A stretch of 64,000 bases of DNA from positions 128,001-192,000 of IMG/VR virus record IMGVR_UViG_3300025924_000017, one strand, 5' to 3'. The notes below the pieces were generated by a model. That model was not told the origin of the DNA. It saw nothing but the letters and a program-made list of their open reading frames with translations, and ran no database searches. Positions 54,189 to 63,587 of the stretch are shown piece by piece. A program made the translations under genes and the position numbers. The number at the start of each line of letters is the position of its first letter. The stretch's first letter is position 1. Origin of the DNA: a virus (taxonomy: Duplodnaviria; Caudoviricetes).

Positions 54189-54691
54189 TGTGGCAACACC
54201 GCAAATATAAATCCGGGACCGACTGGTGCCTCTGGCGCTGGACGCGCGTTCCATCCGAATTCATCACACGCCTACACGTCGTGATGATCGCCGGTTACGC
54301 GTTGATGGTGCACTGGATCGACAGGCCCGATCCGGAGCCATTCCGTCACGATCATCCCGTCACGTTCCTCTCGTTGATTGCGAAAGGCTGGTACGTCGAA
54401 GATCGCCTGACAAACGGCAAGCTGCGCGAACGCAAGAAGCGTAGCTGGTTCAACTTCATCAAGGCCAGCCCCAGCGACCGTCATCGCATCATCGAAGTCG
54501 CGGTGGGTGGGGCAGTCACCATCGTCTTCGCTGCGCCCGCATCCCGCAATTGGGGCTACCACACCGTCTATCCTGAGTGGACTTACTGGCGCGACTACCA
54601 AGCCGCCGAGCGTAAAGCCGCCGAGCAAGGCGGCTCATGGCGCGACCACCTCGTCCCCACCATCACCGACAAGCACAACCATCACAAGTAA
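54188..54691 (+). CDS. Cupin-like phage protein (second copy)
   Basis: HDHPVTFLSLIAKGWYVE...HRI. Confidence 0.6.
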   Translation: MWQHRKYKSGTDWCLWRWTRVPSEFITRLHVVMIAGYALMVHWIDRPDPEPFRHDHPVTFLSLIAKGWYVEDRLTNGKLRERKKRSWFNFIKASPSDRHRIIEVAVGGAVTIVFAAPASRNWGYHTVYPEWTYWRDYQAAERKAAEQGGSWRDHLVPTITDKHNHHK

Positions 54692-54701
54692 GAGGATCAG
54701 T

Positions 54702-55487
54702 TTGACTCAATTTGTTGCATTCACCGGTAAGCGCGGTTGCGGAAAAGACACTGCCGCGAAAGCCCTTGCCGATCTTGGCTTCGTCTCCATGAGCTTCGCC
54801 GATCCTCTCCGCGAAATCCTGACCATCGTGTACGGCCTAACCGACGAGGAGATGAACGACCGCGTACTCAAGGAAAAAACGCTGGAGCGTTTTCCGTGGA
54901 TCAGCCCGCGCAAGCTGATGACCACCATCGGCACGCAGGGCTTCCGCGATCTCATTCATCAGGAAACGTGGGTGAAGGCACTTGAGCGTCGTGCACTGGC
55001 GCACGAGAAGGTCGTCGTTCCGGACCTGCGCTTCCTGACCGAAGAAGCCATGCTCAAGGAAAACAACGCGATCATTATCCGCGTCGTTAGCCCATCACGT
55101 GAAATGACTGACGCGCACGCGCAGCATCGCTCCGAAACGGAGATGGATCAGATCGTGCCGACGTTCACCGTCGTGAATGAGGGGACCATCGAGTCCCTAC
55201 ACGCGAACGTGCGTTCGATCCTCAAGTGGGCACCCCATCTCGAAGATGCTTGCCGCCTACGAGATGCGCGCATGAAGGAAAACGACGGAGAAGACGTCCA
55301 CTTCATAAGCTTCAGTGAGGCGGCGCTGAAACACATGATCCCGAACAACAGTGGGGGCCATTTCGACGTCCTTATCAAAGAGGGGTTGGAATTGCTCGCC
55401 AATCCTAGGGCTTACAAACTCGACGAGTCCAAATTCCCAACATTCAAACTCAGCGCGCAACGCGGCGCAGAGTGGGTCGAAGAATAA
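54702..55487 (+). CDS. Deoxynucleoside monophosphate kinase
   Basis: FTGKRGCGKDT, SFADPL, SPR..M..IGT...R, DLRF..E, H.SE. Confidence 0.85.
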   Translation: MTQFVAFTGKRGCGKDTAAKALADLGFVSMSFADPLREILTIVYGLTDEEMNDRVLKEKTLERFPWISPRKLMTTIGTQGFRDLIHQETWVKALERRALAHEKVVVPDLRFLTEEAMLKENNAIIIRVVSPSREMTDAHAQHRSETEMDQIVPTFTVVNEGTIESLHANVRSILKWAPHLEDACRLRDARMKENDGEDVHFISFSEAALKHMIPNNSGGHFDVLIKEGLELLANPRAYKLDESKFPTFKLSAQRGAEWVEE

Positions 55488-56419
55488 TGTCGCTTCTTCC
55501 TCTCTTCCGCAACGACATCACCGCCAAATACATCCTCGGCTCGGTGACCGAGGATGGTCATAAGCTCTATACGCTCCAACTCCGCTATCCGCGCATCGTC
55601 CACGCCGACTTCATGACGCACCGCGTATTCTCGCGGAATGCATCGTCAAGCCGCGCGATTCCGGTGCAATCAATTCTCGTGCGCGACGCGGATATGTTCA
55701 TTCCGAATTTCCGCAAAAACCAGCCGGGCATGATCCCGGGAGATTATCTCACGCCGGAAGAGCAGGAAGAAGCGACACTCATCTGGCAGGACTGCGCCAA
55801 ATACTGCATCGAGGGTGCGAAGAAGCTTTCCGACAAGCACGGCCTGAACGTCCACAAGCAGTGGGCCAACCGGATGCTCGAATGGTTCGGTTACATCGAC
55901 GTGCTCGTATCCGCCACCGAGTGGGCCAACTTCGATGCTCTTCGCGATCACGGAGCGGCGCAGGATGAAATCCGTCTTCTGGCTCGTGTGATCAAGGTCG
56001 CACGACGCTTCCACTGCAACATACTCAATGAACACGATTGGCATCTTCCGTACATCACGGATGCAGATCGCTTTCTTGCGCGTACGGCCGCGTTGGACCT
56101 GCACAAGGAAATCAACGAAGTCCTCGAACTCCACGAAGACCTGCAAGAAGTCTCCATCACGGATGCGCTCTTGTTGATCGCGAGCGCCGCGCGCTGTTGC
56201 CGTCTCTCGTATTCCAAGCTCGACGGCGAGCCGACAACGTTTGAAGACGATCTGCGGCGGTTCAAGCAACTCGTTCCGACAGACGATCCCGTCCACGCCT
56301 CACCGCTGGAGCATCAGGCAACGCCGTTCTTCCCGGGCATGGACCCGGCCCGGCAGGCGAACTTCCGTGGTTTCGGTCAGTTCCGGCAGTTCGTCAAAGG
56401 CCATTCGGTTCCGGGTTGA
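55487..56419 (+). CDS. thyX: Flavin-dependent thymidylate synthase (phage type)
   Basis: THRVFSRNASSSRAIP, HKQWANR.LE, HASPLEH. Confidence 0.85.
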   Translation: MSLLPLFRNDITAKYILGSVTEDGHKLYTLQLRYPRIVHADFMTHRVFSRNASSSRAIPVQSILVRDADMFIPNFRKNQPGMIPGDYLTPEEQEEATLIWQDCAKYCIEGAKKLSDKHGLNVHKQWANRMLEWFGYIDVLVSATEWANFDALRDHGAAQDEIRLLARVIKVARRFHCNILNEHDWHLPYITDADRFLARTAALDLHKEINEVLELHEDLQEVSITDALLLIASAARCCRLSYSKLDGEPTTFEDDLRRFKQLVPTDDPVHASPLEHQATPFFPGMDPARQANFRGFGQFRQFVKGHSVPG

Positions 56420-56533
56420 TAAATAATCCTGAAAAATCAACCTGTTAGATCGTTAAAAAGCTTGACACGAATGTCGTGAATTGCGACATTGCGGCCACAC
56501 CAGAGCACATAACCCACGGAAACACCAGAGCAA

Positions 56534-56821
56534 ATGTCATCCCAGTCCGGCGAGGACGCCATCATCCCGTCCTTCGCCCTGTCCGTCTACGAAAGTGAAG
56601 ACGGCCTTACACTTCGCACACACACGACCGAGCAGCCCAGCGTTCGGAAGTTCGCCAGCCTCGGACTTTTCTTCGGCCTCGCGATCATGACCCTCGAACG
56701 TGAGGGCGTGATCGAGGCCAAGGTCAATGAGTTGATGAGCGGCGACCCGGTCAACGAGGTCGATGTCGTCAATCGGATCACGCTTCTCCTGAAGGAGGAT
56801 TCGAATGTCCTCCCGGCTTAA
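56534..56821 (+). CDS. Hypothetical protein
   Basis: 95 aa ORF downstream of a promoter and operator. Confidence 0.55.
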   Translation: MSSQSGEDAIIPSFALSVYESEDGLTLRTHTTEQPSVRKFASLGLFFGLAIMTLEREGVIEAKVNELMSGDPVNEVDVVNRITLLLKEDSNVLPA

Positions 56822-57230
56822 CGCCCGTTGCCCTGATTGTGGCATCTTCAAGTCAGAGGTCGCGAAGCATCCGGAAGGCCTTCATCACTCGGAATGCCAG
56901 AGCGAATGCGAAGTCAACGTCCGCTGGGGCTTGGCACACTACGACCGCGACGAATACCGCTTCGGCAAGCGACCGAAGAAGGAGCGCAAGACCGGCAAGC
57001 GCTTCGGCAACACCGAAGGGCTCACCAAGGAGACGAACCCGCGCCTCGCAAATCGTCTACCGCGAGAGAAGGGTGGTCTTGTCGTCGGCGCCGGTGACGG
57101 CTTCACACCGTTCGAGCGCGCTCTCATCATCCTTGGCCCGCGTGTCCGGGAGACGAAGGACGCTTATCTGCTCGACGGCAAGCCGTGCAATGCGACACGG
57201 ATCATGGAAGTCGCGGGGATCGTCGTCTGA
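56805..57230 (+). CDS. Hypothetical Cys-containing basic protein
   Basis: CPDC...C...C. Confidence 0.55.
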   Translation: MSSRLNARCPDCGIFKSEVAKHPEGLHHSECQSECEVNVRWGLAHYDRDEYRFGKRPKKERKTGKRFGNTEGLTKETNPRLANRLPREKGGLVVGAGDGFTPFERALIILGPRVRETKDAYLLDGKPCNATRIMEVAGIVV

Positions 57231-57619
57231 TGCCCGGCGGTTACGGTAGCTGGAACATCATCGGATGGATCATTCTCATGATCCCGGTGACCGTGCTGCT
57301 TTTAACCGTCAGGATTTGGCTCACGAATCTATTTTACGCGGTGCGCTACTGCATCGACAACTGGTTCTGCTCTCGTGGGTGGCACTGGGCGAATTCACAG
57401 CCGCTTAAAGAGGTCAGTTGCCTCTACTCCCCTGCCAATATGGATTACGTGTTGGAAGCGCACAAATACTTTCGCTGTAGGAATTGCCTGACACGAATTA
57501 AAGGCTCCGGAGAGCGGCTGGAAGAAGTTCGGGTGTCGAAGTTCGATATTCAGAAAGACCGAAACGCGCTCTCGGACAAAATTCTCGGACTGAAACGAAA
57601 ACACGGGTTATGGAGATGA
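57230..57619 (+). CDS. Membrane-anchored hypothetical protein
   Basis: N-terminal TM helix, Cys motifs. Confidence 0.5.
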   Translation: MPGGYGSWNIIGWIILMIPVTVLLLTVRIWLTNLFYAVRYCIDNWFCSRGWHWANSQPLKEVSCLYSPANMDYVLEAHKYFRCRNCLTRIKGSGERLEEVRVSKFDIQKDRNALSDKILGLKRKHGLWR

Positions 57620-57996
57620 GCGGCCCGGAATACATCGAAATCCCCAAGGGCCATCTCTTCTCACCGGAAGAAGCCGAGCGCCGAAAGCTCTGGGCCGAGT
57701 ACTGGTTCAGCAACTTCAAAGGTGTCGCGAGAGCGAACGGCTATGGCGCCTTCATCGGCGGCAGTATGGTCCGCGACATCGATGTGGTCATTGTCCCGTG
57801 GGTTGATCCGATGGATCAAACGCCGGACGAATTCGTCTTGAGCCTCGTCCACACGATGAACATGACGTTCGGGAATCATGGATACACGCTCAACGGCCAC
57901 CGGTGGTTCGCCCTCTGGGACAAGGATCATCCGGATCAGCAAATCGATCTGAAGATCATCCGTAAGGCAGAATCGCTCAGTCAAGAAAACAATTAG
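57616..57996 (+). CDS. Nucleotidyltransferase-like hypothetical protein
   Basis: GGSMVRDIDVVIVPW resembles a pol-beta NTase GS..DxD motif. Confidence 0.5.
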   Translation: MSGPEYIEIPKGHLFSPEEAERRKLWAEYWFSNFKGVARANGYGAFIGGSMVRDIDVVIVPWVDPMDQTPDEFVLSLVHTMNMTFGNHGYTLNGHRWFALWDKDHPDQQIDLKIIRKAESLSQENN

Positions 57997-58081
57997 CGTC
58001 GCGAACCGCGACTTCACTGTCCCAAATCTTGACTTTCCGAGCCTCCAGAAGTACCCTCCACATCCTTCCAAAATCACCCCG

Positions 58082-58103
58082 AGGGCGCGAGAGCGCCCTT
58101 TTT
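58082..58103 (+). terminator. Intrinsic terminator-like hairpin just upstream of nrdA
   Basis: AGGGCGC-GAGA-GCGCCCT followed by TTTT. Confidence 0.55.
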
Positions 58104-58116
58104 CTTCGAGTTCACG

Positions 58117-60837
58117 ATGGCTGTTGACGCGTCACAAATTACAATCGATCTCACACGCGACAGCCTCCTCGACAATTTCACACAGCAGACCCTAAAAGAG
58201 CGCTATATGTTGCCGGGCGAGACTTCGCCGCAGCATGCATTCGCGCGCGCCGCCGCCGCATTCGCCGACGACGAGGCCCACGCCCAGCGCCTCTATGACT
58301 ACGTCTCCAAGCTCTGGTTCATGTTCGCAACGCCGCTCCTGTCCAACGGTGGATCGACGCGTGGGCTGCCGATCTCCTGCTTCCTGAACGTCGCCGAGGA
58401 CAGTCGCGAAGGTATCTTCGATCACTGGGCGGAGACCGGCTGGCTTTCATCCGTGGGCGGCGGCGTTGGTGGCTATTGGGGTCTCCTGCGCTCGACCGAC
58501 GAGACGACCTCCAAGGGCTCGCGCTCGACCGGCACGATCCCCTTCATCGCCGCTGTGGACAGAATCATTCTGGCCGTCAGTCAAGGTGGCACGCGGCGCG
58601 GCTCATATGCCGCCTACCTCGATATCCATCATCCGGAGATCGAAGAATTTCTCACCATGCGGAAGCCCACCGGCGGCGACCAGAACCGCAAGGCGACCAA
58701 CCTCCACAACGCCGTCAACATCACCGACGAATTCATGCAGGCGGTCGAGAATGACGGCCCGTTCCATCTGCGGTCGCCCAAAGACAACTCGATCCGCAAG
58801 ACCATCCGCGCCCGCGATCTCTGGCGTCTCCTGATCGAGACCCGGATGCAGACTGGCGAACCTTACATGGTGTTCATCGACACCATGAACCGCGCTCTTC
58901 CCGAGCCCCAGAAGGCGCTCGGGCTCAAGGTCCGGCAGTCTAATCTCTGCGTCGCGCCATACACCGAAATTCTGACGGACAAGGGCTACAAGCCCATCGC
59001 AGGGCTCGTGGATCAGACGGTCGATGTCTGGAATGGGTCCGAATTGACGCCCGTCACGGTGCGTAAAACAGCCGATAGCGCAGAGCTTGTCCGCGTGTGG
59101 TTCTCGGACGGCGATTACATCGACTGCACCCCAGAGCACAACTTCTATCTGACGGACGGCTCCAAAGTTCCCGCCGCCGCTCTGCGCCTCGGAATGGCCC
59201 TTGAGGGTCATGCGGGCGGTGGCGCGCCCGCCATCGATCATGCGCCACTCGACGCCGACCCCGAGAAGTCCGCCTGCCTCGCCTATGCCGCCGGGTGGGC
59301 AACTTTTGCCGGGTACGAAGAGAACGGCCGCCTGACAGTCCACGTCCCACACCAGCGGATCATGGAAGACGACAGCGATCCGCGCATGAAAGCCATGTTG
59401 CGGTTTTCGGTCGATTCCAGCGAAGACGAGACCGGCATGACGATCCGCTACGAGCCCGGCTCGATCCCATCCGGCTTCGTTCCCATGGCGTGGTCGATTG
59501 ACGACCGGCGCCAGTGGCTCCGCGCCGTGATCGATGCCATCGGCGATCAGGATGAGAAGACGCTCGACGTGCGCATCGGCTCGACCGATGTGGACATGAT
59601 CCGCGAAATGCGTCTCATGGGGCTGGAGATCGGTCTCACGCCGCAAGTGCGTCTGACAGAGACGACGAACGTCCTCATCCTCGACGAACAAAACCTCGCC
59701 TCGCTGTGGACGCGGATGCAGGCCGATACGCCTACGATCACCGTCGCCGACATTCACCCGCTGCCATTCAAATCAGCAACCTATTGCGCCACGGAACCCA
59801 AGCGCGGTCGCCTGACGTTCAACGGCTATGTGACCGGCAACTGCACCGAGATCACGCTGCCCACCGGCCGCGACATCTTCGACAAGATGCGTACAGCCGT
59901 GTGCTGCCTGTCGTCGATCAATGGTGAGAAGTTCGACGAGTGGCAGCCTGTGATCGAGACGTTCGTCGGCGACCTCGCCCGGATGCTGGACAACGCCCTC
60001 AACATTTTCATCTCGAACGCGCCGCCACAGCTTCACAATGCCGTCTACTCTGCGATGCGCGAGCGCTCCATTGGTCTCGGCTTGCTCGGCTTCCAAGCCT
60101 ATCTGCAATCCAAGGGCATCGCGATGGAGAGCGCAGAAGCACGTGCGATCAATATCGAGATGTTCAGCATGATCCGGGCGGCGGCGGATAAGGCGTCGCT
60201 TGCACTCGGCGCCGAGCGCGGCGAGGCTCCAGACATGGCGGGGACCGGTGAGCGCTTCGCCCACAAGCTTGCCATCGCTCCAAACGCGTCATCCTCGATC
60301 ATCTGCGGCGGCACGTCACCGTCCATCGAGCCTCACCGGGCGAACGCCTATCTCCACAAGACGTTGTCCGGTTCGTTCCCTGTCCGAAACCACTGGCTGG
60401 TCGATGCGCTTCAGGACCTCGGGATCGACAACGACGAGACATGGCAATCGATCATCGCGCACGAAGGTTCGGTTCAGCAACTCGATATCCCGCAGCATAC
60501 CAAGGATGTGTTCAAGACGGCGCCCGAGATCGACCAGATGGCGCTCGTGCGCCTCGCCGCCGACCGTGCTCCTTATATCTGTCAGGCGCAGTCGCTAAAT
60601 CTGTTCTTCGAGCACGATACCGATGCGGCCAAGCTGACCGAGGCGCATTTCATGGCATGGAAGCTAGGCGTGAAATCGCTCTATTACCTGCGCTCGACGA
60701 CGCCGAAGCGGGCGGAGAATACGAATACGAAAGTTGAGCGGGTCGTCATGGCTACCGCAGGCCCCGAAGGGGCGAGCGAGGCGCAGCCCGTGAGTGCTCC
60801 TGCCGTCGATGAAGGATGTTTGGCCTGCGAAGGCTGA
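58117..60837 (+). CDS. nrdA: Ribonucleotide reductase class Ia alpha subunit with intein, no ATP cone
   Basis: FATPLL, ISCFL, QSNL|CTEI, AIAPNASSS, SLYY, C-terminal CLAC. Confidence 0.95.
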   Translation: MAVDASQITIDLTRDSLLDNFTQQTLKERYMLPGETSPQHAFARAAAAFADDEAHAQRLYDYVSKLWFMFATPLLSNGGSTRGLPISCFLNVAEDSREGIFDHWAETGWLSSVGGGVGGYWGLLRSTDETTSKGSRSTGTIPFIAAVDRIILAVSQGGTRRGSYAAYLDIHHPEIEEFLTMRKPTGGDQNRKATNLHNAVNITDEFMQAVENDGPFHLRSPKDNSIRKTIRARDLWRLLIETRMQTGEPYMVFIDTMNRALPEPQKALGLKVRQSNLCVAPYTEILTDKGYKPIAGLVDQTVDVWNGSELTPVTVRKTADSAELVRVWFSDGDYIDCTPEHNFYLTDGSKVPAAALRLGMALEGHAGGGAPAIDHAPLDADPEKSACLAYAAGWATFAGYEENGRLTVHVPHQRIMEDDSDPRMKAMLRFSVDSSEDETGMTIRYEPGSIPSGFVPMAWSIDDRRQWLRAVIDAIGDQDEKTLDVRIGSTDVDMIREMRLMGLEIGLTPQVRLTETTNVLILDEQNLASLWTRMQADTPTITVADIHPLPFKSATYCATEPKRGRLTFNGYVTGNCTEITLPTGRDIFDKMRTAVCCLSSINGEKFDEWQPVIETFVGDLARMLDNALNIFISNAPPQLHNAVYSAMRERSIGLGLLGFQAYLQSKGIAMESAEARAINIEMFSMIRAAADKASLALGAERGEAPDMAGTGERFAHKLAIAPNASSSIICGGTSPSIEPHRANAYLHKTLSGSFPVRNHWLVDALQDLGIDNDETWQSIIAHEGSVQQLDIPQHTKDVFKTAPEIDQMALVRLAADRAPYICQAQSLNLFFEHDTDAAKLTEAHFMAWKLGVKSLYYLRSTTPKRAENTNTKVERVVMATAGPEGASEAQPVSAPAVDEGCLACEG
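58948..59841 (+). mobile_element. Intein (298 aa) inserted before the active-site Cys of NrdA
   Basis: Begins CVAPYTEILTDKG, ends FNGYVTGN, C+1 Cys; degenerate LAGLIDADG blocks. Confidence 0.92.
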
Positions 60838-60889
60838 TAACAAATTCCTTATCAAAACCTCCTGAAATAATAACAAAAAGGTTATCGTT

Positions 60890-62119
60890 ATGTCGCTGCT
60901 GAAAGCGCGCGATCACTATAAGCCGTTCGAATATCCTTGGGCTTATGAGGCCTACCGCACAATGCAAGCCATGCACTGGCTGCCGCATGAGGCGCCCATG
61001 GCCGAAGACATCAAGGACTGGAACCTGAGGCTCTCCGACAACGAGCGCTCACTGCTCACGCAGTTGTTCCGCTTCTTCACGCAGGCTGACGTGGACATCG
61101 CCAAGGGCTACTATGAGAAGTACGCCCCACGCTTCCCGCATCCGGAAATCCGCATGATGATCGGCGCGTTCATCGCGGCCGAGGCAAATCACATCGATGC
61201 GTACTCGACGCTGATCGACACGCTCGGCCTTCCTGAGGGCGAGTACAAGGCGTTCCAGCAGTATGCCGCCATGCGCAAGAAGCACGATTATATGTTCGAG
61301 CGGGACGGCGGTAAAAGTATCGCCGATCTCGCCGTGGACATCGCTGTGTTCTCGGCGTTCGGTGAGGGGATGCAATTGTTCTCCTCCTTCGCGATCCTCC
61401 TGAGCTTCCAGAAGCGTGGATTGATGAAGGGTATGACGTCCATCGTCGAGTGGAGCTTGCGCGACGAAAGTCATCACGTGGAGTCCATGATCAAGCTGTT
61501 CCACGAGCTTGTGAAGGAAAACCCACGCATCTGGAACGATGAGACAAAGAAACGCATCTACGAGACGTGCCGTGACATGGTGAAACTCGAAGACGCCTTC
61601 ATCGATCAAGCCTTCTCTCTGGGAGAGGTTTCGGGGATTTCTCCGGAGGAAACCAAGCGATATATCCGATACATCGCCGACCGGCGTCTCTTGCAACTTG
61701 GTTTGAAACCGAACTATAGGGTGAAGGACAATCCGCTCCCGTGGCTGGATTGGATCATGAATGCACCTACCCACACCAATTTCTTCGAACAGAGATCGAC
61801 TGAATACGGAAAAGGCGCTATCGAAGGCTGGGAAGGTGCGTTCGCTTTCCTGAAACCGAATTCACAGGGGGCTAAGAAATACCGGGTGTATACAATGCCG
61901 GGCTGCCCTCACTGCTCTCGGGCCGTGACGGCTTTGGTCGATGGTGGCTTTGACCACGAGGTGATCTTGATCGAGGACGCAACCGAGCGGACTCGAATGA
62001 AGGCAGTCGAGAATGGCTGGAAGACATTTCCTATGGTCTATGCCTTCGAGGGTGACACTGTCGCTCGCTTTGTTGGAGGTGCTGACGCTCTTGTCCAAGA
62101 GCTTGCCAGTCCTTCATAG
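60890..62119 (+). CDS. nrdB: Ribonucleotide reductase beta subunit with C-terminal glutaredoxin fusion
   Basis: FFTQAD, EANHIDAY (radical Tyr), FGEG, RDESHH, NFFE; then YTMPGCPHC...TFPMV...VGGAD. Confidence 0.92.
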   Translation: MSLLKARDHYKPFEYPWAYEAYRTMQAMHWLPHEAPMAEDIKDWNLRLSDNERSLLTQLFRFFTQADVDIAKGYYEKYAPRFPHPEIRMMIGAFIAAEANHIDAYSTLIDTLGLPEGEYKAFQQYAAMRKKHDYMFERDGGKSIADLAVDIAVFSAFGEGMQLFSSFAILLSFQKRGLMKGMTSIVEWSLRDESHHVESMIKLFHELVKENPRIWNDETKKRIYETCRDMVKLEDAFIDQAFSLGEVSGISPEETKRYIRYIADRRLLQLGLKPNYRVKDNPLPWLDWIMNAPTHTNFFEQRSTEYGKGAIEGWEGAFAFLKPNSQGAKKYRVYTMPGCPHCSRAVTALVDGGFDHEVILIEDATERTRMKAVENGWKTFPMVYAFEGDTVARFVGGADALVQELASPS

Positions 62120-62502
62120 GCGTGCCTAACTTCGTGATCGATTCGCAGGGTGAAGCCTTCAAGGACTGGGAAAATTCCATCTTTTAGCCAAACTTGGTTA
62201 AGAGAACTTTTATGGTAATAAACCCTAACAACGTCGGGAACCGTGGCATAAACCCCACTAAGTGTCTGGCGTTGTTGTCTTTATGGCACGCCACATCCCC
62301 AAAAACGGGACACATCCGCGACTTTGTGTCAAATCTTAACACCAAATCCGCGCTATTGCCTAGTTTGAGAACTTCTGTATGATGCAAATCGTGACGGAAA
62401 GGGAAGACAATTTCCTGATTCGTGACAAAAATGTGTGACGGAGTCCGGAACGGTGAGAGATAACGTTCGTTATGTCGTTGAACCTCTCACAGGATATGGA
62501 CA

Positions 62503-63333
62503 ATGTCGAAAAGTGAACTGTCGCCAGAGGGGCGCCAGACATACGAAGGAAGCGAAACAATGGCCGCGACATCAGTCGTGAGAAAAGCCTCCGGCAGGAA
62601 AACTGCGAAGGTGAAGAGCGGACGCGGCACCAAGCCAGCGCCCGAAGAGCGTCGTAAGCTCAATCGAGTCGGCACGCAGGTGCATGAAAATCTGTCCGAG
62701 CCTAGCTCGGTCGGCGCGCGTATGTCCAAGCGCCGTCTCGAACTCGGACTGACGCAGGCACAGGTCGCCGACAAAGTGACGTTCACCCCGCAATCTGGAC
62801 GGCGCCTCGGGCAAGACGTTCCGCTCAGCAGAAGCGGCTACTGCATGTATGAAACAAGCGGCTTGGTGCCGGACATCGACAAGATCATCGGCATCGCGCG
62901 CGCGCTCAAGACGACACCGCAATACATCGCGTTCGGCGTGGTCGAGGACGAAGACGTCCAAGAATATCTGTTCGACTCCAAGCGCGGGTTCTATGCGGAT
63001 GGAAAATGGCGTCTTCCGGCGGCGTGGCTGCGGCAGCAGTACGATCTCAACGCGGAAGCGCTCGGCGCCTTCATGATCTCGGACTACTCCGAGAGCTTCG
63101 TTGCCGGTGACGTTGCGCTCTTCCATAAGAGCGTCGAGCCGACTGGCTCCGGCGGCTCTTTCATCTTCGCGTTGAAGGGTGAGGTCAAGATCGCTCACAT
63201 TTCACGGCCGCCACGCAGCGATGTCTACCGTATCTTCCACGCGGACCTTAAGGGTCACGACGAGTATCCGATCAAGCAGGTCACGATCCTCGGCCGCGTC
63301 GTCGGAAAGATCGGAAGTCTGGAACGTAGCTGA
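62503..63333 (+). CDS. XRE-family HTH transcriptional regulator with C-terminal S24-like domain
   Basis: RRLELGLTQAQVA...SRSGYCMYETSG..PDIDKI..IARAL; alternative ATG at 62560. Confidence 0.8.
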   Translation: MSKSELSPEGRQTYEGSETMAATSVVRKASGRKTAKVKSGRGTKPAPEERRKLNRVGTQVHENLSEPSSVGARMSKRRLELGLTQAQVADKVTFTPQSGRRLGQDVPLSRSGYCMYETSGLVPDIDKIIGIARALKTTPQYIAFGVVEDEDVQEYLFDSKRGFYADGKWRLPAAWLRQQYDLNAEALGAFMISDYSESFVAGDVALFHKSVEPTGSGGSFIFALKGEVKIAHISRPPRSDVYRIFHADLKGHDEYPIKQVTILGRVVGKIGSLERS

Positions 63334-63335
63334 AC

Positions 63336-63358
63336 GACGCCCGGCCCCGCCGGGCGTC
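63336..63358. terminator. Hairpin between convergent genes
   Basis: GACGCCCGG-CCCCG-CCGGGCGTC. Confidence 0.5.
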
Positions 63359-63362
63359 CCGT

Positions 63363-63578
63363 TCACTCCTGTACCGCGTCCGCCCAGTGTAAGAAGAGGG
63401 TGTGATGCGCGATCATCTCTGACACCATCCCATTATGAGCATACCACGAGACGGTCATCAGACCGGCCTCATCGAAATCCACCACCTTCATCTTGAAACT
63501 ACCGGTTTTCAGGCAGACGTCGTCCCCGATCTTGAAAGGGAAGCGATGGAAACCGGGTTTGCCGCGTGTGTCGAACAT
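63363..63578 (-). CDS. YodC/DUF2158-like small protein
   Basis: FKIGDDVCLKTGSFKMKV...V.W. Confidence 0.6.
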   Translation of the reverse strand: MFDTRGKPGFHRFPFKIGDDVCLKTGSFKMKVVDFDEAGLMTVSWYAHNGMVSEMIAHHTLFLHWADAVQE

Positions 63579-63587
63579 CGGGCCTAG

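Noticed and set aside
51912-54254. 780 aa minus-strand ORF
   Set aside because: Antisense shadow of the helicase and neighbouring genes in GC-rich DNA; no motifs
62194-62382. 62 aa ORF upstream of the repressor
   Set aside because: AT-rich intergenic composition and atypical codons; more likely regulatory DNA
62380-62502. Alphaproteobacterial LexA box (GTTC-N7-GTTC) or CtrA box upstream of the repressor
   Set aside because: Only partial matches with wrong spacing
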